Shown piece after piece: positions 43,161 to 56,600 of a stretch of 64,000 bases of DNA. The stretch's first letter is position 1, and each line of letters begins with the position of its first letter. The stretch covers positions 30,132,001-30,196,000 of the forward strand of contig OZ024744.1 of NCBI GenBank assembly GCA_964016885.1, written 5' to 3'. This stretch comes from Eledone cirrhosa (taxonomy: Eukaryota). Below the pieces are notes generated by a model. That model had not been told where the DNA came from and searched no databases. It saw only the letters and a program-made list of their open reading frames with translations. Position numbers and translations under genes: made by a program.

Positions 43161-43341
43161 TGTGTGAGTGAGAAGAGTATATATAAATATGAGTATATAT
43201 ATATATAAATATGTTCTGGTTATTTGAAATTAATGAAATTAATGAAAAGACGAAAGTATATAATAATTTGTAGTTAAAGGAAAATGTACTCACAAGTTGG
43301 TAAACACCTGGTTTCAAATATATAAGAATATAGATGTATAC

Positions 43342-43494
<153 letters not shown>

Positions 43495-43549
43495 CATATA
43501 CATTTATATATATACATATATATATGTATATATATATATACATATATAT

Positions 43550-43660
43550 ATATTGTTATACTTTGGGAGGGTCATGTTGACCCTCACAAAGTATAACAAT
43601 ATCGGTTTCAACACACGATTTCAGATAAAGAATCTTGCTAAACAAATTCAGAAACGACAT
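43550..43660 (+). mobile_element. Copy of the 3' tail of the PLE at 63896-63977, with fold-back hairpin
   Basis: tattgttatactttgggagggtca-tgt-tgaccctcacaaagtataacaata followed by the same tail. Confidence 0.8.
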
Positions 43661-44628
43661 ATATATATACATATATATATATTTATTAAGAAAGTAAAAC
43701 AAAGAAGCCTTCAATACATCAAAAGTCTTTATTAGCCAACAATGTTTCGTCCTATTAAGGACTCATCAGAGCAATTAAAACAACAAGAAGTATTATCGGC
43801 CAATACAAGCCGAAAACTCCGAAGAATATGGAGTGTACATACACTAAAGTATTGCAAGATTATAGGTAAAAATATATAATAAAAATCACTAAGGAGGTGT
43901 ATAACATTTAGAACCATATTACAAATATAGTCCAAAGCAAAAAAAACCTAGAGCTAAACAAAGGTGGTTATATAGAGCGGGAATTATATATAATACTATA
44001 TAATATAATATAATATACTTGTAACAATATTAAAATTACAATAAAAATTAAAAGGTACAATATACATATGTATATATGTACGCACACGTACGCACATATA
44101 CACATACATCAATACACATATCCATCTTTAACAGCACAAATTAAACCTTATTAAGAGTTTAAATATAAATAAGCATGACAGGAATAAAAATAATAATAAT
44201 AATAATAATAATACGTATATCTAATATACATGAGGTAATAATATGATATGATTATAAGTAGCACATATAATATATAATAAACTATACAATTATATACTAT
44301 ATAATATAATATAATAGATAATCTCCGGTTAATTTACACAGACAATATAGATGTCACAATAATACTATAATAATAATATAATAACATATATAATATATAA
44401 TATATAATGGCATGCAAGTTAACAAATCAATTCATATAGAGTTACAGAGTAGGTGAGAAAAAAATATAAATTGTACAATACCCAAAATTATGATGGTACA
44501 AAAATATAAACATCTTACATGATATATAAAATAATAATAACCGTAAAAATTACATAGGTGTATCTGAACCCATCCATAAGTTAACCCACGGGACTCGTAA
44601 TAGGGAATATAATAACTCTAGGAAACAA

Positions 44629-45684
44629 GTGGAACCCTCTGAGCGCTCACTCATTGGTGATGATTTTGCTAGATCTAATTCTAATAATGTTGCTTCTACT
44701 GATCCTATTATTGGCCCTAATCCGTTTGATGGGATTCCAGACGACAGCAGATCTACTGGAGGTAGAAACAGTAAGAGACTTAATGGAATTTTGGCTGATT
44801 CTAAAAATGCGGTTTTAACTAATCCTTGTAGTAACCCTAGTCTTAATGGTGGGATATTAGATAATGGTAGAGTCGGTAAGGATAAAAATAGAAGGAGACT
44901 AAATACTTATTTTAACCCGCCATATAATCAGGAAGTATTAACTATTATCCCTAGGTCTTTCTTTTCTATCTTAGAGAAAAATTTCCCCCCTTCTCATAAA
45001 TACCATAGTATTTTTAATAAAAATGTTATTAAACTTTCATTCTCTACCACCTCTAATATTAGTTCCCATTTAGCTAGCACTAACAATAGGAAAATTAGGG
45101 ATGGATTCTCCTCTCTACATACTACTAGTCTGAACAGATCTGGAAATGCCTTACCACCAGAACAGACCTTATCTAATAGCAATCCTACGTGTAATGCATC
45201 ACTACTTCAGCCAACCAATAGCACCCGGAAGTGTAACTGTAGAGTGAGTGCTAACTGCCCTTTAAACGGTAACTGCCTCTCTAAGAACATCGTCTATGCT
45301 TGCGTAGTTATAACTAATTCCTCTAATAGAACTTATATAGGCTCTACATCTAACACTTTTAAGACTAGGTTTAATTCTCATATCTCTAATTTCAAACATG
45401 TTAAGTTTAAGAATTCTACTTCTTTAGCACACTATATCTGGGATCTTAAGGGGGCTAATATACCATATAGCCTTAATTGACGTTTAGTAGCACGCTCTAA
45501 TAACCTTTCTACACATACTAAATTTTGTAATCTCTGTATCCTCGAGACACACTCTATAATTTTCTCTAGCGAATCCTTACTTAATAGAAAGTCTGAGATA
45601 TTCTCTTCTTGCCCCCACGCTATTTCTAATTCTTACTTTTATTATAAACCTAAAGGTTCTAGTAGTATAAATTGTATCCATTAG
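44629..45684 (+). pseudogene. PLE linker + GIY-YIG endonuclease (in-frame TGA at 45478 replacing Trp)
   Basis: YFNPPYN; CNCR..CPLNGNC..NIVY..YIGST..FKTRFNSH; after the stop, CNLCILETH..LNRKSE..CPH. Confidence 0.88.
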
Positions 45685-47377
45685 CTGATATATTCCATTA
45701 CTTATTTTTTAGTTTAGGTTCTTTTTGTTTACCACCATTATTATCATCATTATTATCATTGGTTTTTGACAACTCTTTATTCTAGCTCTCATAATCTTTT
45801 GGCTACTATACCATATCTATCTTCTTACGCATTAACTTTTCACTATTAACACCTTATGAGTATATATCTGATTATATATTTTACATTATTTTATTTTATT
45901 TCATTTTATTTTATTTTATTTTATTTGGATTCTTCTTTGGATACCCCCACCCCACCCCCATGCGCACATAAACGTATTGTCAACCCCTTCATAATAGATT
46001 ATGATTATATTTAATCCCCCCCCTCTTTGACGCTCCTTTCTATTATTTAATATAGTATATTGACTATAATTTTATGCTCCTTTGTATCCCTCATACATTT
46101 CTTTTTTTCTGTCCCTATTAGCCTACCATAATTCTGCTTAAGTCAGTTTTTTAGATATCGTTATGTAAATGATAGTAGAAAATTTCATTCCTTTAAATAT
46201 ATATTTGTAGTGAAATATTAACGTTTATAAATTTTGATTACTTAAACCATAGCTAATATTGTATTGCCTTATTAGATATTTTAAATATTTTTAATATTAA
46301 TTTATCAAATAGGGTTTTCGAGTCATTTACCGGGGTTGTTTCCTAAGTTTTTACTTAACTGCATGTGAGACCTAAGTATATACTTTTGTTTTTGTTTTTT
46401 AATTTCCGGTTGATTCTATTTATTTATTTATTTATTAATACTACTGTGCATTCTATTTACTGTCTGGCCCTTACTCACTCATCCACATATATGTCTGTTT
46501 ACCAACCTTGTAATTATAAGTAATTATATATTATATTATGTTAATTATTTTATATTGTATTTGTTATTGTACTATCGATCCTTATTACTTACCGTTGATT
46601 ATTTGTACCACTATGATATGTTAAATTTTATATATCATGTAAGATGTTTATATTTTTGTACCATCATAATTTTGGGTATTGTACAATTTATATTTTTTTC
46701 TCACCTACTCTGTAACTCTATATGAATTGATTTGTTAACTTGCATGCCATTATACATTATATATTATATATGTTATTATATTATTATTATAGTATTATTG
46801 TGACATCTATATTGTCTGTGTAAATTAACCGGAGATTATCTATTATATATGTTATATAGTATATAATTGTATAGTTTATTATATATTATATGTGCTACTT
46901 ATAATCATATCATATTATTACCTCATGTATATTAGATATACGTATTATTATTATTATTATTATTTTTATTCCTATCATGCTTATTTATATTTAAACTCTT
47001 AATAAGGTTTAATTTGTGCTGTTAAAGATGGATATGTGTATTGATGTATGTGTATATGTGCGTACGTGTGCGTACATATATACATATGTATATTGTACCT
47101 TTTAATTTTTATTGTAATTTTAATATTGTTACAAGTATATTATATTATATTATATAGTATTATATATAATTCCAGCTCTATATAACCACCTTTGTTTAGC
47201 TCTAGGTTTTTTTTGCTTTGGACTATATTTGTAATATGGTTCTAAATGTTATACACCTCCTTAGTGATTTTTATATATTTTTACCTATAATCTTGCAATA
47301 CTTTAGTGTATGTACACTCCATATTCTTCGGAGTTTTCGGCTTGTATTGGCCGATAATACTTCTTGTTGTTTTAATT

Positions 47378-47415
47378 GCCCTGATGAGTCCTTAATAGGA
47401 CGAAACATTGTTGGC
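47378..47415 (+). ncRNA. Minimal hammerhead (inverted copy at 43735-43772 minus)
   Basis: gcc-CTGATGA-gtcct taat aggac-GAAAC-ATT-GTT-ggc-tAATAAA. Confidence 0.88.
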
Positions 47416-47568
47416 TAATAAAGACTTTTGATGTATTGAAGGCTTGTTTGTTTTACTTTCATAATTCTTCGGCTCTGTTTAATTACATTGAACTATACCT
47501 TTTACTGTCATTTCTATAATACGAAGAGGGTGTTTAACTCCAACACGCTCCAGTATTTTAATCCTTAC

Positions 47569-47620
<52 letters not shown>

Positions 47621-47745
47621 GTAGGAGGTGAGTTTTATTGTAGTACAATAAAGCAATACAGATATCGGATAAGAAGCACTCTACAGTTTGTAGGACTGGA
47701 GTATACATAATATATAAGAACAAAACATACCTATCTCACTCTCTC

Positions 47746-47829
<84 letters not shown>

Positions 47830-48150
47830 TCTCTCTATCACCCTTCTCTCCTCCTATCTCATCCTTCCTCATTATACTCCTCCCTCTCCACTTTTTACTC
47901 TCATCTCCTCCTCTTTTTCATCCCCCCCCCCCCTCAAAATAAAATATGTTTCCCAATATCACACATCAATCTAAAACTACTTCTCATATGTTGATTTAAA
48001 ACTGCACTATCCACAAGTGTTTTTTAACCTTCATATCATGTCTTCCTGTTTTATCTGATGAAAACACAAATATTATTGCATGATGATATTTGTTTTTGAA
48101 ATGCGCATAATAAAATACATGGAACTCTTTTAACCATCTTTTGTTCTTAT
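47621..48150 (+). mobile_element. Family F pLTR with inverted tail piece (47621-47725); HHR 48049-48115
   Basis: ttttat-CTGATGA..GAAAT-GCGC-ATA-ataaaa; 47621-47725 is the reverse complement of 32600-32705. Confidence 0.8.
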
Positions 48151-48366
48151 ATATTACATATATATATATATACATATATATATATACATATATATATATA
48201 TACATATAACATATAGGAACCAGTAAGACCCCGACGGCTGAGCTCAAGCCGTTTCGACGGCTAATTCTGGACAAATTGAGTACTTTGGTGCGTTATGGTC
48301 CACCTGGTTCCTTACCACATTTCCTTCGTTACATATAACATATATAGATATATATATATATACATA

Positions 48367-50470
48367 TATAGAAAGGATAAAAAGGACGATTGATTATTCC
48401 TTCATTGCATTTATTGACAGGTGACGCGTGTTTCGCCACTGATCAGCTCAAGGTTCAATCTATATCGCTCCTACCCGACTCAATAATCGGCAGCTCGACG
48501 GACCCTCTTAAAATGCTATAAGAAAATGAAATACATGTTATGTGGTAAAGTCAGAGTTTCAAGAGTTTGACAAAATGAGTTGTTTTGATTGGTGGGAAGG
48601 ATCAAGGCCATGTACTGGCCTGTAGTGTATATGGGGGTGGGGGTGATGGTGAGATGTTGGTGACGGTCTGTGGATGAGGTGGGCTGTGGTGTGGTGGTGG
48701 TGGGTTGGCCTTGGCGTGTAGAGTATGTGGGGCTGGATGTGATGATATGGTGGTGGTGGTTAAGGTTATTTAGTGGGATGGGCTGTGGTATGAGGTTAGT
48801 GGATTGTCAGTAGACGGGTTGGCGTGTGGGTGGGGGTGTGGTATTGGTGCCGTTGTCTATGGTAGCGGCGTTTCTACCATATAACACACCGTAACCTCTG
48901 ATCATGTAATGATCTTGTCGAACATATCACCCCAGCACCACCACCATCACCATGTCCACAACACACATCACCGTACGTCCATAAACGCTTTTCCCCCGCG
49001 TTCCCTATATCACCTTTTAACCGGTATTCGAACCACCACAAAACACAACTCCATACTTCATCAACACCGACAACACATACCTCCACTCCCCAACCAACAA
49101 TAGTGTGTGTGTCTGTGTGTAAGTATTTTTACTCATACGGGCGTTTAAGTATGCGTGCGTGTACGCATATTTATGTGTATGTGTGTGTGTGTGTATGTGA
49201 ACACATGTGTATGCATATGTCTATGTGTGTGTATATATATATCTGTATATATATGTGTATGTGTATGCGTATGTGTATGTATGTATGTGTATGTATGTGT
49301 GGGTATGTGTACGTCTACATATATGTATATGGGTAAATCTGACTGTATGTGTAGGTGAGCTCATATATGTGCATGTATGTGTATATGTGCGTGTATGTGT
49401 GTGTTGTCAGTACATGTGTGTGTATATATATATGTATATATATGTGTGTGAGTATACGTGTGTGCGAGTGTGTATGTGTATATCTTGCATACATGAGTGT
49501 GTGTCCATGTGCCCATACCCATGTGTATGTATGTGTATGTGTATATATGTAAAACACCTTCTACATTGCCTCTCACCTTCCCCCCATCTCTGTCGTTCGC
49601 CACCCCCACCGATACTCCCCCACTCTCCATATTCGTGTCCGCATGCGCGCATACACATACATGTGTGTACATATACATATGGCTGTGTGTAAGCGTATGT
49701 CGATATGTGTGGGCAAGGATGTGCGTATGTGTTTTATGTTGTGTGTGTTTATACAACAATATATGTGTGTGTACGTATACGTTTATACAAGGTATCTGTC
49801 AAACGAAGAGCGTCTAACTATGTATCTATGTAAGGACCTTGACGCCACCAATACATCCACCACACCACCACAAACGCCGCTACCATAGACAACGGCACCA
49901 CTACCACACCCCACCCACACGCCAACCCGTCTACTGACAATCCACTAACCTTATACCACAGCCCATCCCACTAAATAACCTTGACCACCACCATATCATC
50001 ACATCCAGCCCCACATACTCTACACGCCAAGGCCAACCCACCACCACCACACCACAGCCCACCTCATCCACAGACCGTCACCAACATCTCACCATCACAC
50101 CCACCCCATATACACTACAGGCCAGTACATGGCCTTGATCCTTCCCACCAATCAAAACAACTCATTTTGTCAAACTCTTGAAACTCTGACTTTACCACAT
50201 AGCATGTATTTCATTTTCTTATAGCATTTTAAGAGGGTCCGTCGAGCTGCTGATTATTGAGTCGGGTAGGATCGATATAGATTGAAACTTGAGCTGATCA
50301 GTGGCGAAACGCGCGTCACCTGTCAATAAATGCAATGAAGGAATAATCAATCGTCCTTTTTATCCTTTCTATATTTTACACTCAGTAAAGCTCTACACAT
50401 CATCACAGAAGTGAACCTAAACATTGAGTGCTCACCCGGGTGAACCTGCAGTAACTCCTAGTTACACCCA
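48367..50470 (+). mobile_element. PLE-like non-coding element with ~505-bp inverted arms (48367-48873 and 49872-50373) and a 3' tail
   Basis: Arms are reverse complements, each with an HHR-like motif plus AATAAA. Confidence 0.8.
50235..50321 (+). ncRNA. Hammerhead-like motif, CCGTCGA core, long stem II (inverted copy ~48419-48505)
   Basis: gggt-CCGTCGA-gctgctgatta...tgatcagtggc-GAAAC-GCGC-GTC-acct, AATAAA at 50325. Confidence 0.65.
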
Positions 50471-50509
50471 CTGGATATATACATATATATATATATATAT
50501 ATACATATT

Positions 50510-50561
<52 letters not shown>

Positions 50562-50614
50562 CATATATATATATATTTATATATACATATATATATATAC
50601 ATATATATATATAC

Positions 50615-50704
<90 letters not shown>

Positions 50705-50705
<1 letters not shown>

Positions 50706-52252
50706 ATTAAGTTAAAAATGTACATCCACATATGTATACTGAAATACTAGTATGCATATGAATACACACACGTATACATATGTAGATGTACCGAGTTTTT
50801 CACTGGTCACTTTACTGTGAGTGTCCAGCTATTCTGTATGTAAACACACAGACAAACCGGTTTTTAGAGTCATACTGGTTTTTGAGGAAACACCTTTCCT
50901 CTATTCTCCAGAAAGCCAGACAAGGAATATTGAACTAGTTTCGATGTTGTTACATCTCATCAGCAATATTTACCTATCTTCCGGCCTTTCTAGAGAATCG
51001 TAAAAGCACATATCGTTATATGCTTTTTCTATGAAAATTAGTAGTGGGCAGACTAATTTGCATAGAGCGTGAGTACGTACCGGTTCAACGGAGACGATAA
51101 AAACAAATAACGAAACGAAATTAAATTTCGTTTCGTTTGTAACTCACTTTTGTATGACTGACGCTTAAACAATTAAGTTAAAAATGTACATCCACATATG
51201 TATACTGAAATACTAGTATGCATATGAATACACACACGTATACATATGTAGATGTACCGAGTTTTTCACAAAAGTGAGTTACAAACGAAACGAAATTTAA
51301 TTTCGTTTCGTTATTTGTTTTTATCGTCTCCGTTGAACCGGTACGTACTCACGCTCTATGCAAATTAGTCTGCCCACTACTAATTTTCATAGAAAAAGCA
51401 TATAACGATATGTGCTTTTACGATTCTCTAGAAAGGCCGGAAGATAGGTAAATATTGCTGATGAGATGTAACAACATCGAAACTAGTTCAATATTCCTTG
51501 TCTGGCTTTCTGGAGAATAGAGGAAAGGTGTTTCCTCAAAAACCAGTATGACTCTAAAAACTGGTTTGTCTGTGTGTTTACATACATAATAGCTGGACAC
51601 TCACAGTAAAGTGACCAGTGAAAAACTCGGTACATCTACATATGTATACGTGTGTGTATTCATATGCATACTAGTATTTCAGTATACATATGTGGATGTA
51701 CATTTTTAACTTAATTGTTTAAGCGTCAGTCGTACAAAAGTGAGTTACAAACGAAACGAAATTTAATTTCGTTTCGTTATTTGTTTTTATCGTCTCCGTT
51801 GAACCGGTACGTACTCACGCTCTATGCAAATTAGTCTGCCCACTACTAATTTTCATAGAAAAAGCATATAACGATATGTGCTTTTACGATTCTCTAGAAA
51901 GGCCTGAAGATAGGTAAATATTGCTGATGAGATGTAACAACATCGAAACTAGTTCAATATTCCTTGTCTGGCTTTCTGGAGAATAGAGGAAAGGTGTTTC
52001 CTCAAAAACCAGTATGACTCTAAAAACCGGTTTGTCTGTGTGTTTACATACAGAATAGCTGGACACTCACAGTAAAGTGACCAGTGAAAAACTCGGTACA
52101 TCTACATATGTATACGTGTGTGTATTCATATGCATACTAGTATTTCAGTATACATATGTGGATGTACATTTTTAACTTAATTGTTTAAGCGTCAGTCATA
52201 CAAAAGTGAGTTACAAACGAAACGAAATTTAATTTCGTTTCGTTATTTGTTT
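50705..52252 (+). mobile_element. Retrozyme-like family A: 466-nt monomer; inverted 1.2-mer (50705-51269) joined to 2.1-mer (51268-52252)
   Basis: Period 466 in both orientations; one HHR per monomer; non-coding; flanked by (TA)n. Confidence 0.9.
51451..51495 (+). ncRNA. Type I hammerhead, family A (also 51917-51961 plus and 50926-50970 minus)
   Basis: aatattg-CTGATGA-gatgt aac aacatc-GAAAC-TA-GTT-caatatt; stem I extends via agg/cct and gccgga/tctggc. Confidence 0.92.
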
Positions 52253-52258
52253 ATATAT

Positions 52259-52373
<115 letters not shown>

Positions 52374-52418
52374 TATATATATATATACATATATATATAC
52401 ATATGTATATATATATAT

Positions 52419-52735
52419 ATGAAAGACGTAAATAAGAAAGTTATGAAAATTGACTTACTAAAATTTCCCTCCAACTAATTAGTTCTGTAAGGGGATAAAT
52501 ATGGTTACGGAGCGTATCCACAGAGAAGCCTTACGTCATCAGGGAGTCTATTCTCAGCTAAGCTTCCAGGCAATGCGAGGACACTGGGAATTAATATAAA
52601 AATAATTCAGTGGATGGAAAAAAGCGAGCGGGGACTAGATTCCAAGACATTGAAAAATTCACTGCCTACTTGGTCAAGTGGCAAATTCAAAAGAATCAAT
52701 CACGTGACACTGAGGTTAATCAGTGAGGAGTGGGG
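52419..52735 (-). mobile_element. Partial family B copy with degenerate HHR (GAA instead of GAAA)
   Basis: Reverse complement resembles 16010-16345. Confidence 0.75.
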
Positions 52736-52989
52736 GTCTTGAATAATCTCATTGAGAACTTGTTTGGTTTTTATAAAGAATATTAAGAGGGAGGAGTGAA
52801 ATTAGAAGAATGGTTAAGGGAATGTATGAGATTATTTTGATAAAATGATAGTTGAAAATAACATTGAAATATTGAGTGTCTGCATAATTAATACTTTGTA
52901 GATAGCAGCTGTTTTTAGGTCATATAACTGTTATTGAAATACATGTCAATAAATTCCTTTTACTGAACTGTATCCATTTAAATCCTTCT

Positions 52990-53066
<77 letters not shown>

Positions 53067-53118
53067 ATATATATACATATATATATATATACATATATAT
53101 ATACATATATATATAAAC

Positions 53119-53207
<89 letters not shown>

Positions 53208-53252
53208 TATATACATATATATATACATATATATATATAAATATATATACAT

Positions 53253-53398
53253 ATGATGGCTGCCCCCTCGTTATCGAGTATGGCCATTGCACGAGGAGAA
53301 AGAAAAAAAAATAGATAAATAAATAATAATAATAATAATAAATAAATAAAAAAAAAATAAAATGAAAAAAAAAAAATATATATATATATATACATACA

Positions 53399-53473
<75 letters not shown>

Positions 53474-53632
53474 ACACATATACACACACATACATTAATA
53501 ACAATAATAATGATTTCTTTATTAGTAACAATAATAATAATAATAATAATAATAACAACAATAATAACGACAACAACAATAATAATATACATATACATAT
53601 ATATATATACACACACACGCACACACATAAGC

Positions 53633-53670
<38 letters not shown>

Positions 53671-56600
53671 CAACTAACAACGCTGCGATCGAATGTGGCT
53701 TTTTAGCCCAGCCAATGATCTAAAATGTCTTGCACAGAGTCGGCAACCAAAACATTCACTGGGAATACTCGGCTGTGGTTGGAGTTCGTGTACTTTTGCA
53801 TGTTGCTTGAGCCCTCCTGCTGATTTACATTCTCTACCACATGTTTGGCAAGCATGATGAGTAGCATCTCCAACAGTAGCCTGGTAGTCAACCACTGGTC
53901 TTACTTTATGACTGCGAAGATGACTGTCGAGTCCAGCTTTGCTTAGGCAGAGTCTCGCACATACGCTGCATGTCAGCACCATAGGAGGACCCTCGCCGTC
54001 TGGAAGTGCAACAGCAATGCCCTTCCTCACATCCCGCTTTACTTTCTCGTATGCGATTCGAGATGCCTCAAAGGCAACTTTTCCCTCATATACAGTCTTT
54101 CTCCATTTATTACGATCAGCAGCAATATTTTCCCATGTATCAGCAGAGATGTTAGCGTCTTTCAAAGAGGCTTTCAAGGAATCCTTATACCTCTTTTTTG
54201 GTTTATGTGGCGGTCGTTTTCCTTTAACCAACTCTCCATAAAAGAGTTGTTTTGGTATTCTAGAATCCTTCATCCTGGCAAGGTGACCACTCCAACGAAG
54301 TCGTTGCTTAAGCACAAGAGCTTTTATACTGTCACACATAGAGCTTACCAAAATCTCGACATCACTGATGTGGTCCCTCCAGTGAACGCCATGGATCCGT
54401 CTGAGACACATCTGATGGAAACGCTCCAATTGCTTAAGGTGGTGTCGATATGTGACCCAGGTCTCGCAGGCATAAAGAAGACAAGAGAGCACACATGCCC
54501 TGTACATCTTTACCTTTGTCCTCCTGCATATGTCTCGCCGACCCCAGAGTCGCCTTTCTAGCTTTCCGAAAGCATCACTTGCTTTCCTAATCCTAAGTGA
54601 GATTTCACTGTCATGGTTGTTGTATCGATTGACAGTGCTCCCCAGGTAGACAAACTGATCAACCACTCCAAGTCGTTTGCCATACACATAGATGTTTGGT
54701 TCAGTGTACTGCTTACCAGGGGCAGGTTGGTACATGACAACGGTTTTCTTGAGACTGACAGTCAGACCTAGGGCAGTGAAAGCGTCAGAAAATGCATTCA
54801 AAATGTGCTGCATATTACTCTCTGTGTGCGCTACAAGATCGCAATCATCTGCATACAAGAGGTCTCTTATGATTGATGTAAATACTTTTGTCTTCGCAGC
54901 AAAGCGCCTGATGTTAAATATGCTGCCTGAGGTTCGATATCGGATGTAAACACCATGCTCGCAATTCCTGAATGTAATACAGAAAACCATTGCAAAGTAT
55001 ATGGCAAACAGGGTCGGTGCTGGAATATCCCCCTGTTTCACTCCATTTTTTACTGAGATAGGCTCCGACATGTTACCCCCGACATTAACCCAAGCCTTCA
55101 TGTCGTCATGGAAAGACCTAACTAAAGCAAGGAACTTATCAGCGCAACCAAGCTTCTGGAGAACCTTCCATAATGCATCTCTGTTAACAGTATCGAAAGC
55201 TTTTGTCAGATCGACAAAAGCCTGATACAGATCTAAGCCTTGTTCCATGCACTTCTCCTGGAGCTGTCTAGCTGAGAAGATCATATCAGTAGTGCCGCGT
55301 CCAGCACGAAAACCAGATTGACTTTCAGGAAGAACACAATCTGCAATGTGTGTCAGCAGACGGTCCAGAAGAACCCTACATAAAACTTTCCCTACGACAG
55401 AAAGCAATGATATACCTCTGTAGTTTCCACAATCGTTCCTGTTACCCTTTCCCTTGTACAAGACGATCATTACTGCATCTCTCCAGTCCTCAGGTACGGA
55501 TTCATTAGCCCATATCCTGCCAAACAAAGAGTGAAGATGTTGCAGGAGTCTCTCACCACCATATTGTAGGAGCTCAGCATGTATGCCATCCATACCTGGA
55601 GATCTTCCACTGTTCAGCTTCGAAACAGCCACTGCAACCGCCACAAGCGTCGGAGGTTCTGCGAAAGCTACCTTCACAGGACTTTCTGGAATGAGATTGA
55701 GGAAATCTTCACTGACGACAGACGGCTGATTCAAAAGATCATCAAAGTGCTCTCGCCACCTTCGTAGAATTCCTTGTGAGTCACGAAGAAGTTCTTTGCC
55801 ATCCTTGCTGCGAAGCGGTGTCACCAGAGAAGAAGACGGTCTATAAACCTCACGCAAGAGACTGTACAACAGCTTTGTGTTATTGGAATCAGACGCAGTT
55901 TGTATCTCACCAGCCTTCTCACTCCACCACTGATACTTCATCTGAGAAAGACTCCGCCTAACACGTGATTTTACATCCCTGAGTTCCTCATGCAACGTAT
56001 TCCTCTCCTGTAGTTTTGCCGTCAAGTAGCGTGACAGAGCACGCTTCTTATCAGCCAACAAGTCTTCTATATGTACATCATTCTCATCAAACCAGTCCTG
56101 GTGTTTCCTCTGCGCCAATCCCAGAACACGCCTGCCTACATCATAAACCGACTTTTTAAGGGTCGGCCAATCCTCACCAAGATCTGCAGCCTGCATCTCT
56201 TCTTCCAATGTCCTCTTCACATTTTTATCCTTAAGACGAGCAGCATTCAATCTTTTGGGCAGGGCAACACCAGGAGCCCGGATTTTACGTTTAGTGATTA
56301 GTTTCACTTTTGCGCGTACCAGGCAGTGGTCCGTCCAGCACTCAGCTCCACGAAGAACACGAACACACTGCACATCCTGTCTGTCACGCATCCTGACTAG
56401 GACGTAGTCCAAAAGATGCCATTCCTTAGATGCAGGATGCATCCATGTGGTCTTGAATTTGTTCTTTCGTTAGAACATGGTGTTGGTAACACACAGATCC
56501 AGCTCCTCACACATCTGCAGCAGGAGCATACCATTGCTGTTACACTTTCCCACCCCATGCCTTCCGATTATATTCCATGTGTTAAAATCCCTACCCACTC

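Larger units (their letters stand above)
39250..43165 (-). mobile_element. Near full-length CR1-like LINE (ORF1 with CCCH fingers; ORF2 APE-RT), frameshifted
   Basis: Continuous ORF1, endonuclease, RT and 3' stem-loop ggccaatactggcc. Confidence 0.92.
43690..47460 (+). mobile_element. 5'-truncated Naiad-type PLE with ~840-bp inverted pLTR arms (43690-44530 and 46626-47460)
   Basis: Arms are near-perfect reverse complements; GIY-YIG ORF lies between them. Confidence 0.9.

Noticed and set aside
45478-45480. Selenocysteine TGA as in selenoprotein-encoding Naiad PLEs
   Set aside because: The TGA aligns with a conserved Trp (LKWEV in the 37.5-kb copy), not Cys; the TGA at 62082 also fits TGG-to-TGA; no SECIS recognised
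50821-52066. Repeated 60-aa ORF in family A (also 67-aa ORFs at 43732/47218 and ORFs at 58795/59534)
   Set aside because: Repetition reflects DNA duplication; they have non-ATG starts or run antisense across the ribozyme, and show no protein motif
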